The position numbers were made by a program, and so were the translations under genes. Shown in pieces: positions 17,293-26,516 of a DNA stretch of 64,000 nt. Source of the DNA: an uncultured Lachnospiraceae bacterium (lineage in GTDB: Bacteria > Bacillota > Clostridia > Eubacteriales > Anaerofustaceae); the NCBI GenBank assembly GCA_944381375.1, contig CALWKX010000036.1:448-64447 (forward strand). Direction: 5' to 3'. The notes beneath the pieces were generated by a model. That model did no database searches. It worked only from the letters and a program-made list of their open reading frames with translations, and was not told the DNA's origin. How positions within the stretch are numbered: position 1 is the stretch's first letter; each line of letters opens with the position of its first letter.

Positions 17293-17321
17293 TTGACAAA
17301 TCAAATTAATTACATTAAAAT
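17293..17321 (+). promoter_or_regulatory. putative promoter of the decarboxylase operon
   Basis: TTGACA, a 17-nt spacer, then TAAAAT, about 85 nt upstream of the first CoA-transferase ATG. Confidence 0.3.
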
Positions 17322-17404
17322 TATGTTAGATAAAAGTGACTAAGGTATGTGAAAGCATGCTGCGGGTTGCCGCTATAAAAAAATAAATATAAAAAAGGAG
17401 AAGA

Positions 17405-18610
17405 ATGATGGGCATTTTGACCGGAATGAGAGTGTTGGATTTCACACAGTTCTTGTCCGGACCTTCCTGCACTATGATGCTTGCTGACATGGGGGCAGAG
17501 GTAATCAAGATAGAAAGGCCGAACAAAGAGTTGGCCGCCGGACCTTATCTTGGCGGTGAAAGAACTTATGATCTCAGCATAATGAGAGGCAAAAAAAGTA
17601 TCACCTTAAATCTGAAAGACCCTGAACAAAGGGACATTCTTTTGGAATTGGCAAAGACTGCTGATATTATTGTCGAAAACTTTAAGCCAGGAACCATGCA
17701 AAAAATGGGTTTGGCATATGAGGACATCATTAAAGTCAATCCTCAAATAATCTATACTTCCATATCCGGTTACGGACAAACAGGGCCCAACAGCGCTAAA
17801 GGAGCATTGGATCTGGTAATACAGGCGGCCAGCGGTCTTATGAGTGTAACAGGAGAAGAAAACGGACCCCCTCTCAAAGCTGGCGTATCCGCCGCTGATT
17901 TGTTTACCGGTCTATATGCGGCAATAGGTACTATGGCAATGATACGCCACAGAGAAAAAACAGGCGAGGGTCAATATCTTGATATAGCTATGCTTGATTC
18001 TATGCTGTGCGTTTTGGAAAATGCTGTTACCAATTATTGCATATCAGGGAAAGTACCCGGAAGAATCGGAAACCGTCACAGGGTAAATGTGCCTTTTCAG
18101 GATTTTGAAACCAAAAACGGAGATATATTAATTGCCGTTAACCGCGACCATCAATGGGCGGCGTTGTGCAAAACGTTGGGATGCGAAGATATGATCGAGG
18201 ATCCGAAATTTGCCACAAGCGAAGCGCGCAGACAAAACAGGGAAGAATGTGTTGAAAGGGTTCAGAAAATACTTAAAACATGGGATACACATGAACTTGC
18301 TGAAGCTTTAGACAAAGCTAATATCGTAAACGGGAAGATAAATACAATTGAACAAGTTGTAAATGATCCGCAAATAGTTGCGCGCGATATGATAGTGGAA
18401 GTAGATCATCCCACGGCGGGCAAATATAAGATAGTAAACAGTCCCTTAAAATTCAGCAAAACGCCTACAGTTGTCGAGCACGGCGCTCCGATATTAGGTG
18501 CTGATAACAGACAAATATTAAAAGGTATAGGTCTTACGGACAGTGACGTTGACGAACTTATCGCATTGCAGGCTCCTATGAGAAAAATGTTCGTTGACTA
18601 TCCGATGTAA
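17405..18610 (+). CDS. family III (CaiB/BaiF) CoA-transferase, paralog 1
   Basis: GILTGMRVLDFTQFLSGPSCTMMLADMGAEVIKIERP is the signature N-terminus of class III CoA-transferases. AAGGAG RBS. Confidence 0.9.
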   Translation: MMGILTGMRVLDFTQFLSGPSCTMMLADMGAEVIKIERPNKELAAGPYLGGERTYDLSIMRGKKSITLNLKDPEQRDILLELAKTADIIVENFKPGTMQKMGLAYEDIIKVNPQIIYTSISGYGQTGPNSAKGALDLVIQAASGLMSVTGEENGPPLKAGVSAADLFTGLYAAIGTMAMIRHREKTGEGQYLDIAMLDSMLCVLENAVTNYCISGKVPGRIGNRHRVNVPFQDFETKNGDILIAVNRDHQWAALCKTLGCEDMIEDPKFATSEARRQNREECVERVQKILKTWDTHELAEALDKANIVNGKINTIEQVVNDPQIVARDMIVEVDHPTAGKYKIVNSPLKFSKTPTVVEHGAPILGADNRQILKGIGLTDSDVDELIALQAPMRKMFVDYPM

Positions 18611-18644
18611 GTGATATTAATAAAATAAAAAGAAAGGATTAATT

Positions 18645-20207
18645 ATGAACAATCAGGAAAAACTCCAAGAGCTGTTTGAGCTAAAAGAACATATCAAATT
18701 GGGCGGCGGAGAAAAAAAGATCGAAAAGCAGCATTCTTTGGGAAAATTAACAGCCAGGGAAAGATTGGATTATTTATTTGATGAAGGTACTTTTCAGGAA
18801 TACAATATGTTTTCAAAACATAGATGCACGTATTTCGGATTTGATAAAAAAGAAATACCGGCTGACGCTGTTGTAACAGGCTATGGTAAAATTAATGGAC
18901 GTAAAGCTTTTGCATATGCGCATGATTTTACGGTCATAGGCGGCGCTGCAGGTGAAGTGCAAAATACGAAAATACAACATGTGCTTACTCTTGCCCGTCA
19001 AGCTTTGGTTCCTTGTATAGGACTTTTTGATTCAGGCGGAGGAAGAATACAGGAAGGCGGAGATACTTGCGCCGGTTATGTTTTTCATGCTAATGTTATG
19101 AACTCAGGCGTAGTTCCTCAAATTAATGCTCTAATGGGTCCATGCGCGGGAGCGGCAGTTTATTCGCCCGCACTTACGGATTTTATTCTTGCTGTTGACA
19201 AAACTTGCCATGCGCATATTACAGGACCAAAAGCTATCGAAAGAGTTACTGGAGAAATAATAGACAGTGAAACGCTCGGCGGAGCTATGACTCATAGCAC
19301 CAAATCAGGAGTCGTTCATTTGTTTACGATAGACGATTATGACTGCATAGATAAAATCAAAAAGCTTTTATCGTATCTCCCGCAGAACTATAAAGAAAAA
19401 CCGGAAAGCATTGAATGTACGGATGATCCATACAGACGCTGTGAGGAGCTTAATGATATTATTCCTGAAGAGCCCAATAAGCCTTATGATATGAAGGAAG
19501 TAATAAAAGCCATTGCTGATAATCATGAATTCTTTGAAATACAGGAATATTATGCTACAAATATCATAGTAGGCTTTATAAGACTCAACGGTAAAAGCGT
19601 TGGTGTTGTAGCCAATCAGCCGAAAGTAATGGCGGGATGCCTTGATATAAACGCTTCAGACAAAGGGGCCAGATTTATACGTACATGCGATTGCTTCAAT
19701 ATCCCTTTGATTTCATTTGTAGACACTCCGGGATATCTTCCGGGCGTAACTCAGGAATATGGCGGAATTATACGTCACGGCGCAAAAATGCTTTATGCAT
19801 GGAGTGAAGCTACTGTTCCGATTCTTGTTTGCGCTACTCGTAAAGTGTATGGAGGAGCAAATGCCGGAATGATGTGCTCTGAAATGTATCCTGACTTTAT
19901 ATTTGCATGGGTAACTGCCGAAAGAGCCATAATGGGAGCTGACGGAGCTGTTAACGTAATTTATCGTAAAGAAATCAAAGCTAAGGAAGAAGCTGAAGGC
20001 AAGGAAGCTGCGGAAGCATTAAGAGCTCAGTATATAGAAGAATACAAAAAAGAGTTCATGAATCCTTACAGAGCGGCGGAAAGAATGAGATTCAATGATG
20101 TTGTTGAACCTGCTGAAACAAGACGTATTCTCGTGCAAGCTCTTGATATGTTCTGGGATAAGGATAAGTCTATTCCTGCCAGAAAGCACGGCAATATCCC
20201 TCTTTAA
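18645..20207 (+). CDS. acyl-CoA carboxyltransferase (decarboxylase alpha subunit, MmdA/PccB-like, 520 aa)
   Basis: The LGKLTARERLDYLFDEGTF N-terminus and duplicated crotonase-like carboxyltransferase halves. The length fits methylmalonyl-CoA-type rather than glutaconyl-CoA-type alpha subunits. Confidence 0.85.
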   Translation: MNNQEKLQELFELKEHIKLGGGEKKIEKQHSLGKLTARERLDYLFDEGTFQEYNMFSKHRCTYFGFDKKEIPADAVVTGYGKINGRKAFAYAHDFTVIGGAAGEVQNTKIQHVLTLARQALVPCIGLFDSGGGRIQEGGDTCAGYVFHANVMNSGVVPQINALMGPCAGAAVYSPALTDFILAVDKTCHAHITGPKAIERVTGEIIDSETLGGAMTHSTKSGVVHLFTIDDYDCIDKIKKLLSYLPQNYKEKPESIECTDDPYRRCEELNDIIPEEPNKPYDMKEVIKAIADNHEFFEIQEYYATNIIVGFIRLNGKSVGVVANQPKVMAGCLDINASDKGARFIRTCDCFNIPLISFVDTPGYLPGVTQEYGGIIRHGAKMLYAWSEATVPILVCATRKVYGGANAGMMCSEMYPDFIFAWVTAERAIMGADGAVNVIYRKEIKAKEEAEGKEAAEALRAQYIEEYKKEFMNPYRAAERMRFNDVVEPAETRRILVQALDMFWDKDKSIPARKHGNIPL

Positions 20208-20236
20208 GATAAAAAAGATTCGTAAAGGAGAAAAAC

Positions 20237-21442
20237 ATGGGTATTTTAACAGGAATAAGAGTGTTGGATTTCACACAGTTCCTTTCAGGACCGACCTGTA
20301 CCATGATTTTAGCTGACCTCGGCGCAGAGGTAATAAAGGTTGAAAGACCCGATAAATCCTTAGCTGCCGGTCCTTATCTGGGAGGAGAAAGAACTTATGA
20401 TTTAAGCGTAATGCGCGGGAAAAAAAGCATTACACTTAATCTGAAGGATGAAAAACAAAAAAATATCCTTCTTGATCTTGCAAAATCTGCAGATGTTATA
20501 GTTGAAAATTTCAAGCCTGGAACTATGGAAAGAATGGGCCTTGCTTACGAAGATATCATAAAGGTTAATCCTCAAATTTGCTATACTTCCATTTCAGGTT
20601 TCGGGCAATACGGTCCTAAAAGTGAAAAAGGCGGACTGGATTTAGTCATTCAGGCTGAAGGCGGTCTTATGAGTGTGACGGGCGAAGAAGGCGGCAGACC
20701 CATGAAAGTTGGCGTATCCGCCGCTGATCTGGCCACAGGATTATATGCTGCTCTTGGTACTATTGCCATGATAGTGCACCGCGATAAAACGGGCGAGGGA
20801 CAATATCTTGATGTAGCTATGCTTGACAGTGTGCTTACGCTTTTGGAAAATGCTGTAGTAAATTATTTTGCAAACGGGACAATTCCGGGGAGAATAGGCA
20901 ACCGTCACAGAGTTAATGTGCCTTTCCAGGAATTCAGTGCGGCTGATGGAGATATTTTGATTACAGTAAACAGAGATGCGGCATTTGCAAATCTGTGTAA
21001 AATTCTTGATTGTGAATTTATGGTGGATGATCCTAAGTTTGCTACAAGTGAAGCGCGTAGACAGAACAGGGAAGAATGTGTTCAAATTATTGCTGATAAA
21101 GTAAAACAGTGGAAAGTAGATGAACTTGATAAAACTCTAAATGACGCAGGTATTCCAAGCGCAACCATAAATACTATTGATAAAGTTGTCAATGATCCGC
21201 AGATTATTGCAAGAAATATGGTTGTTGAAGTAGATCATCCAACTGCAGGAAAATATAGATTGCCCAACAGCCCGTTTAAATTCAGCAAAACTCCCGCGGT
21301 AGTTGAGCATGGTTCTCCAATTCTTGGAGCTAATAACCGTGAGATCTTTGCCGGTATTGGCATGACGAATGAACAGATAGATGAACTTTTGCAGGAGCAG
21401 GCAAAAGTCAGAAAAATGTTCGTTGAATATGCTATGAAATAA
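20237..21442 (+). CDS. family III (CaiB/BaiF) CoA-transferase, paralog 2
   Basis: Co-linear with paralog 1 over the full 401 aa and roughly three-quarters identical by eye. The nucleotide run GAGTGTTGGATTTCACACAGTTC is shared near both starts. Confidence 0.9.
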   Translation: MGILTGIRVLDFTQFLSGPTCTMILADLGAEVIKVERPDKSLAAGPYLGGERTYDLSVMRGKKSITLNLKDEKQKNILLDLAKSADVIVENFKPGTMERMGLAYEDIIKVNPQICYTSISGFGQYGPKSEKGGLDLVIQAEGGLMSVTGEEGGRPMKVGVSAADLATGLYAALGTIAMIVHRDKTGEGQYLDVAMLDSVLTLLENAVVNYFANGTIPGRIGNRHRVNVPFQEFSAADGDILITVNRDAAFANLCKILDCEFMVDDPKFATSEARRQNREECVQIIADKVKQWKVDELDKTLNDAGIPSATINTIDKVVNDPQIIARNMVVEVDHPTAGKYRLPNSPFKFSKTPAVVEHGSPILGANNREIFAGIGMTNEQIDELLQEQAKVRKMFVEYAMK

Positions 21443-21460
21443 TATTATTAGGAGAAAATT

Positions 21461-21697
21461 ATGTACGGTGATACAATAAGCATCGGAGACGCCGCTACGA
21501 TATTCTTTATTGCTATTTTAATAGTTTTTTTAGCGCTGGCTCTGCTGTTCGCTGTGTTAATGCTTTTTAAACTAATAGGAAAGAAACAAGTCTCAGAACA
21601 AAAACCAACATCAATATTATCATCAAATCAAAATAGCTTTGATGATGAATCAGAATTGCTGGTAGTTTTTGCATCAGCAATTAAAGCCTATGAATAA
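21461..21697 (+). CDS. OadG-like small membrane subunit (gamma/delta) of the Na+-translocating decarboxylase
   Basis: 78 aa with a single N-terminal TM helix (IFFIAILIVFLALALLFAVLMLF). It lies between the carboxyltransferase and biotin carrier genes. Confidence 0.65.
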   Translation: MYGDTISIGDAATIFFIAILIVFLALALLFAVLMLFKLIGKKQVSEQKPTSILSSNQNSFDDESELLVVFASAIKAYE

Positions 21698-21717
21698 TTA
21701 AAAGGAGAGATTTATTA

Positions 21718-22134
21718 ATGAAAAATTACAAAATAACTGTTAACGGTAAAACATACGAGGTTACGGTTGAAGATGCAGGAGCTTCATCTATTCAATATAA
21801 AGCTGCGCCTTCAGTAGGCGAAGCTTCCAAACCTGCTCCCAAAGTAGCTCCGGCTCCTGCTCAGGCAGCTCCTGCTCCTGCTGCTCCGAATCCCGCTCCA
21901 AAGGCTGCGCCGGCAGGAGGAGATGGCAGCGTGGTTGCACCGCTTCCCGGCACTGTTCTTTCAATAGAAGTAAAGGAAGGCGATGAAGTTAAAGTGGGTC
22001 AAGTTGTATTGATCCTTGAAGCAATGAAAATGGAAAATGAGATTGTGGCTACAAAATCCGGTACAGTTACAAAAATTGCAGTAAACAGTGGCGTAGCAGT
22101 AAATACAGGGGATTTATTAGTCGAGATATCTTAG
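21718..22134 (+). CDS. biotin carboxyl carrier protein subunit
   Basis: Ala/Pro-rich linker followed by the biotinyl-lysine motif LEAMKMENEI. Confidence 0.9.
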   Translation: MKNYKITVNGKTYEVTVEDAGASSIQYKAAPSVGEASKPAPKVAPAPAQAAPAPAAPNPAPKAAPAGGDGSVVAPLPGTVLSIEVKEGDEVKVGQVVLILEAMKMENEIVATKSGTVTKIAVNSGVAVNTGDLLVEIS

Positions 22135-22153
22135 TTGGGGAGAATTAAGATAG

Positions 22154-23317
22154 ATGTTAGAAATTTTAAAACAATTTTTACTTGAAACTGGTTTTGTCGC
22201 CTTATTTGATCCCTCAAGATGGATGAGGTTTGAAATCGGAGGCGCGTCTATTCCGATTCCGGGCGAACTGATAATGATAATTATATCATGTGTATTCCTT
22301 TATCTGGCTATAGCAAAGGGATACGAGCCGTATTTGTTAATACCGATCGCTTTTGGTATGCTGCTTGTGAATATGCCGCTTGCTGGTCTTATGGACGAGG
22401 GAGGCTTGATCAGCGTAATTTATGTAGGCGTTGATAAAGGGCTTTATCCTCCGCTTATCTTCTTGTGTATAGGCGCTTCTACCGATTTTGGCCCGCTTAT
22501 CGCTAATCCGAAAAGCATACTTCTTGGAGCGGCTGCTCAGCTTGGTATATTTGTAGCTTTCTTCCTTGCTATTCTTTTGGGCTTTACAGGTCCGGAAGCA
22601 GCTTCAATAGGAATAATCGGCGGAGCCGACGGGCCGACTGCACTTCTTGTTACTTCAATGTTGGCCAACCATTTGCTTGGACCGATAGCAATAGCTGCTT
22701 ATTCATATATGGCTTTAGTTCCGGTAATCCAGCCGCCTATAATGAAGCTTATGACTACTAAGCAGGAGCGTTCAATTGTTATGAAACAGCTCAGACCGGT
22801 AAGCCAGAAGGAAAAGATAATTTTCCCAATAGCTGTTACTATAGTGACAATACTGCTTGTACCTTCAGCCGCTTCACTTATAGGAATGCTTATGCTTGGG
22901 AATCTCTGCCGTGAATCTAAGGTCGTTCCAAACCTTACGAATACATTTGCCAATACGCTTATGTATATTATCACAATTCTTTTAGGTGTATCTGTAGGAG
23001 CTAAAGCTCAGGCTATATATTTCCTTACGCCAAAAACATTGGGAATATTGTTGCTCGGACTAATCGCTTTTGCATTCGGTACTTTTGGAGGAGTGCTTCT
23101 TGGCAAAATTATGTGCAAGCTTACAAAAGGCGAAGTCAATCCTCTTATCGGTGCAGCAGGCGTATCAGCAGTTCCTATGGCTGCGCGCGTAGCTCATAAG
23201 GTTGGGCAGGCTGACAATCCTACAAACTTCTTGCTTATGCACGCAATGGGGCCTAACGTCGCAGGCGTTATAGGTTCTGCTGTTGCCGCAGGTGTGTTGA
23301 TTGTATTATTCAGATAA
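22154..23317 (+). CDS. Na+-translocating decarboxylase beta subunit (OadB/MmdB/GcdB family)
   Basis: Polytopic membrane protein of 387 aa, with the typical start MLEILKQFLLETG and a conserved GAADGPT-like segment (IIGGADGPTALL). Confidence 0.9.
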   Translation: MLEILKQFLLETGFVALFDPSRWMRFEIGGASIPIPGELIMIIISCVFLYLAIAKGYEPYLLIPIAFGMLLVNMPLAGLMDEGGLISVIYVGVDKGLYPPLIFLCIGASTDFGPLIANPKSILLGAAAQLGIFVAFFLAILLGFTGPEAASIGIIGGADGPTALLVTSMLANHLLGPIAIAAYSYMALVPVIQPPIMKLMTTKQERSIVMKQLRPVSQKEKIIFPIAVTIVTILLVPSAASLIGMLMLGNLCRESKVVPNLTNTFANTLMYIITILLGVSVGAKAQAIYFLTPKTLGILLLGLIAFAFGTFGGVLLGKIMCKLTKGEVNPLIGAAGVSAVPMAARVAHKVGQADNPTNFLLMHAMGPNVAGVIGSAVAAGVLIVLFR

Positions 23318-23332
23318 TTAAAATATGTTCAT

Positions 23333-23385
23333 AAAAACGAAGCAATTTTCTCGGTATGTCCGATTGACTATTGCTTCGTTTTTTG
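23333..23385 (+). terminator. terminator of the decarboxylase operon
   Basis: AAAAACGAAGCAAT ... ATTGCTTCGTTTTTT. The stem is long, the loop is about 23 nt, and a T-run follows. Confidence 0.65.
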
Positions 23386-23426
23386 TATAATTGAGATGAC
23401 TTATAAATTTATGAAGGAGGCTGAGT

Positions 23427-24143
23427 ATGCAGTTTATCGTATTAGGAAAATATGGCCCGTATCCTGCTAAAGACGGCGATGTTACTGGATTTCTTCTTAC
23501 AAGTGACGAGGCTGTAATATTGCTCGATTTGGGTAATGGAAGTCTAAAAAATTATTTTAAGCATAAAAATATAAATGATCTTGATGCTGTGATTCTGTCG
23601 CATCTTCATGATGATCACACAGGCGATATTCCTTCATTGAAATATGCGCTTTTATACAACGGAATAAAAACAGATATGTATGCCCCTGATGAGCCGCGTG
23701 AAGAATTCAGCCGAATCGCTGCTATCAATACGTTTAATCTTAAAACCATTACTCAAGATTCAGTAATAATGATAAAAGATATGCGAATAAGTTTTTGTGA
23801 AGTTGCTCATCCTGTAAAAACTTTCGCAGTCAAAGTCGAAGCTGGCGGCAAAACGTTTGTGTACAGCGGTGACACATATTATGTAAAACAGCTTGAAGAT
23901 TTTTGCAAAAATGCAGATTTTGTTTTGTGTGAGGCTGGTATCTTGGATTATGAAACGGATAAAAAAGATAAGCATATGTCTATCAAGGAAGGCTGTGAGA
24001 TGGCTAAACGCGCCAATGTGAAAAAAATAGTTTTTGCGCATTTATTTGCAAAGCATTCGCTTGATAAATATCAAAAAGAGCGCGAAATTTATCCTGAAGT
24101 CAATTCAGAGATTGCCGTAGAAAATAAAATATATATAATTTAG
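23427..24143 (+). CDS. MBL-fold metallo-hydrolase
   Basis: HLHDDHTGD (HxHxDH) metallo-beta-lactamase motif. GGAGG RBS. Confidence 0.85.
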   Translation: MQFIVLGKYGPYPAKDGDVTGFLLTSDEAVILLDLGNGSLKNYFKHKNINDLDAVILSHLHDDHTGDIPSLKYALLYNGIKTDMYAPDEPREEFSRIAAINTFNLKTITQDSVIMIKDMRISFCEVAHPVKTFAVKVEAGGKTFVYSGDTYYVKQLEDFCKNADFVLCEAGILDYETDKKDKHMSIKEGCEMAKRANVKKIVFAHLFAKHSLDKYQKEREIYPEVNSEIAVENKIYII

Positions 24144-24155
24144 AGGAGTAAAGTT

Positions 24156-24800
24156 ATGGACGAATATCTGGGCTTTGTGTATGAAAAACGTATTGAGCGT
24201 GCGATAAAAAGCCTTAAGGCCAATAGAATGGACGCACGGTATTTTGAAAGCAAAGAAGCTCTTTTGGATGAATTAAAAATCATGGTGCCAAAAGGATCTG
24301 TCATAGGCTGCGGAGGCTCAGTTACATTAGTGGAAACTGGCCTGATGAAATTTATCAAATCAGGTGAATTCCACTATATCGAAAGAGAAGGCAAGGACCT
24401 GAGTACGGAAGAAGAAAAATTTGCAAGAATGCGCGAAATGTATTTTGCGGATTACTACTTTATGAGCTCAAATGCCATAACTGAAGACGGATATTTGTAT
24501 AATGTTGATGGCAGAGGAAACAGAGTCAGTCCTATGATTTTCGGACCGAAAAATGTTATTATTATAGCTGGCAGCAACAAGATAGTAAAAAATCTTGAAG
24601 AAGCGAAGGAAAGAGTGAAAGCATTGGCGGCTCCAGCGAATGCGAAAAGATTGAAAAAAGATACAGGATGTATTAAAACAGGTGTCTGTTGCGACTGTAA
24701 ATCTCCTGACAGAATTTGTTGCGTTGAGGTTATAACGGGCTATCAAAGATTTCCTGACAGAATAAAAGTATTCTTCTTGAAAGATTCTGTCGGATATTAA
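24156..24800 (+). CDS. LUD-domain (lactate utilisation YkgG/LutC-like) protein
   Basis: The size and the pattern VIGCGGSVTL...GNRVSPMIFGP..., with a C-terminal Cys cluster, are typical of the clostridial LUD/DUF162 family. Confidence 0.7.
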   Translation: MDEYLGFVYEKRIERAIKSLKANRMDARYFESKEALLDELKIMVPKGSVIGCGGSVTLVETGLMKFIKSGEFHYIEREGKDLSTEEEKFARMREMYFADYYFMSSNAITEDGYLYNVDGRGNRVSPMIFGPKNVIIIAGSNKIVKNLEEAKERVKALAAPANAKRLKKDTGCIKTGVCCDCKSPDRICCVEVITGYQRFPDRIKVFFLKDSVGY

Positions 24801-24828
24801 AAAGCGGAGTAAAACTCCGCTTTTTTTA
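24799..24828. terminator. bidirectional terminator
   Basis: AAAAGCGGAGT, loop AAA, ACTCCGCTTTTTTT, between convergent genes. Confidence 0.8.
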
Positions 24829-25743
24829 TTGCAAAAATCCTTTTACTATCACATTTTCGGCTTCTTCTTCTTCAAGACCGAATGTTTGCAGCTTTATAAG
24901 CTGATCATTATTAATTCGTCCAATAGCCGCTTCGTGAATTATTTGAGCATCAGCATCGTTTGCTGCTATTTCAGGTATTGAAGAAACTTTAGCTTTGTCC
25001 ATAATGATTGCATCGCACTGTATATGAGCTTTGCAATTAGTGTTTCCAACCGCTATAGGATGAAATACCTGTACGGAAGCATCTTTTGCAACAGATCTCG
25101 AAATTATTTGGGCTGAAGAGCCTTCTCCATCCAAATTAATAATTATGTCAGAATGTGCTATTTGCTTTCCATGGGTCATAAGTTTTTCATTGACTACAAG
25201 TTTGGCTCCTGATTTCAGTGATGCTGTAGTTTTTCTTATTGTTGAATCAACGCCTTTGATTTGCGTTAGCTCCATCTCGCAATAAGAACCTTCTTCCATT
25301 TCTACTTCAGTAGTTGGATTTAGTACTTTCTCACCGCTTCCGTCGCCTTCACCGTAGTGTTTTTCTATATATCTGACTTTGGAATTTTTGCCTATATGGA
25401 ACGTGTGGATGCCGTCATGTTCACTTTTTGAGCTGCCGGGATTATGTATCCCGCACCCTGCAACTATCAATACGTCTGAATTGTCTCCGACTTCGAAATG
25501 ATTATATACTACTTCGTCAAGACCCGTCTCAGTCAAAACAACCGGTATGTGAACGCTTTCGTTTTTTGTATTCGGTTTTATTATTATGTCAATGCCCGGC
25601 TTGTCCTTTTTAGTAAGTATAGTAATATTTTCGGTAGAATTTCTTTGTTCGCTCTTTCCGTTAAGTCTGATATTGTATGCACCCGTAGGTATCGAATGTA
25701 AGTCAGCAACTTCATTTAGCATATGAGTGGTTATTTTATCCAT
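24826..25743 (-). CDS. SufB/SufD-family Fe-S assembly scaffold protein (short, 305 aa)
   Basis: Beta-helix SufBD-type repeats (HSDIIINLDGEGSSAQIISRSVAKDAS..., EAAIGRINNDQLIKLQTFGLEEEEA). It overlaps the upstream SufC-like gene by 13 nt. Confidence 0.8.
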   Translation of the reverse strand: MDKITTHMLNEVADLHSIPTGAYNIRLNGKSEQRNSTENITILTKKDKPGIDIIIKPNTKNESVHIPVVLTETGLDEVVYNHFEVGDNSDVLIVAGCGIHNPGSSKSEHDGIHTFHIGKNSKVRYIEKHYGEGDGSGEKVLNPTTEVEMEEGSYCEMELTQIKGVDSTIRKTTASLKSGAKLVVNEKLMTHGKQIAHSDIIINLDGEGSSAQIISRSVAKDASVQVFHPIAVGNTNCKAHIQCDAIIMDKAKVSSIPEIAANDADAQIIHEAAIGRINNDQLIKLQTFGLEEEEAENVIVKGFLQ

Positions 25744-26459
25744 GAAAGTTCACTCCCTTCTGGTTTAAGATCACATCCGCTCAAATCGCCGGTTAGTTTG
25801 GGAAAGATTTCATCTTTGGATCCCTGCATTGTAATTTCTCCATCAGCTATAACGACTATTTCATCAGCAAGTTGAATAATACGTTCCTGATGCGAAATGA
25901 GTATTACACTTTTATGTTGATTTGAAATAGATTTGAAACTGTTAACGAGCATAGAAAAACTCCAAAGATCTATCCCTGCTTCAGGCTCGTCATAAATTGC
26001 AAGATTCAAATTTCGCGACATAAGCATGGCTATTTCAATGCGCTTAATTTCACCGCCGGATAATGAAGCATCGGCTTGCCTGTTTAAATAATCTTTTGAG
26101 CATAAACCGACTTTTGTCAGATAATCACAGCATTTGTTGTCAGGCAGTTTTGATCCGTGGGCAAGGCTCAATAAATCTTTAACTGTCAAACCTTTAAATC
26201 TTGGAGGTTGTTGGAATGCATATCCTATGCCTTTATTGGCTCTTTGTGTTATTGATAAATCAGTGATGTCTTCTCCGTTAAGAATTATCTGCCCTGAATC
26301 AGGTTTTTCTATCCCCATTATCAAACGTGCAAGCGTTGATTTGCCTCCTCCGTTGGGGCCTGTTATTATTAGAAATTTGCCATCGTCCAGCGTAAAGCTG
26401 ATGTTGCGAATAATTTGTTTTCCGTCCGCGGCGAATGATACGTTTTTTACTTGTAACAT
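25731..26459 (-). CDS. sufC: SufC-like Fe-S assembly ABC ATPase
   Basis: Walker A GPNGGGKST, ABC signature LSGGEIKR, Walker B AIYDEPEAGID. Confidence 0.85.
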   Translation of the reverse strand: MLQVKNVSFAADGKQIIRNISFTLDDGKFLIITGPNGGGKSTLARLIMGIEKPDSGQIILNGEDITDLSITQRANKGIGYAFQQPPRFKGLTVKDLLSLAHGSKLPDNKCCDYLTKVGLCSKDYLNRQADASLSGGEIKRIEIAMLMSRNLNLAIYDEPEAGIDLWSFSMLVNSFKSISNQHKSVILISHQERIIQLADEIVVIADGEITMQGSKDEIFPKLTGDLSGCDLKPEGSELSWIK

Positions 26460-26516
26460 ATGTCCTCCTGAATTCTTTCACGCTTGATTATACATTATAC
26501 TGATATTATCTTAAAG

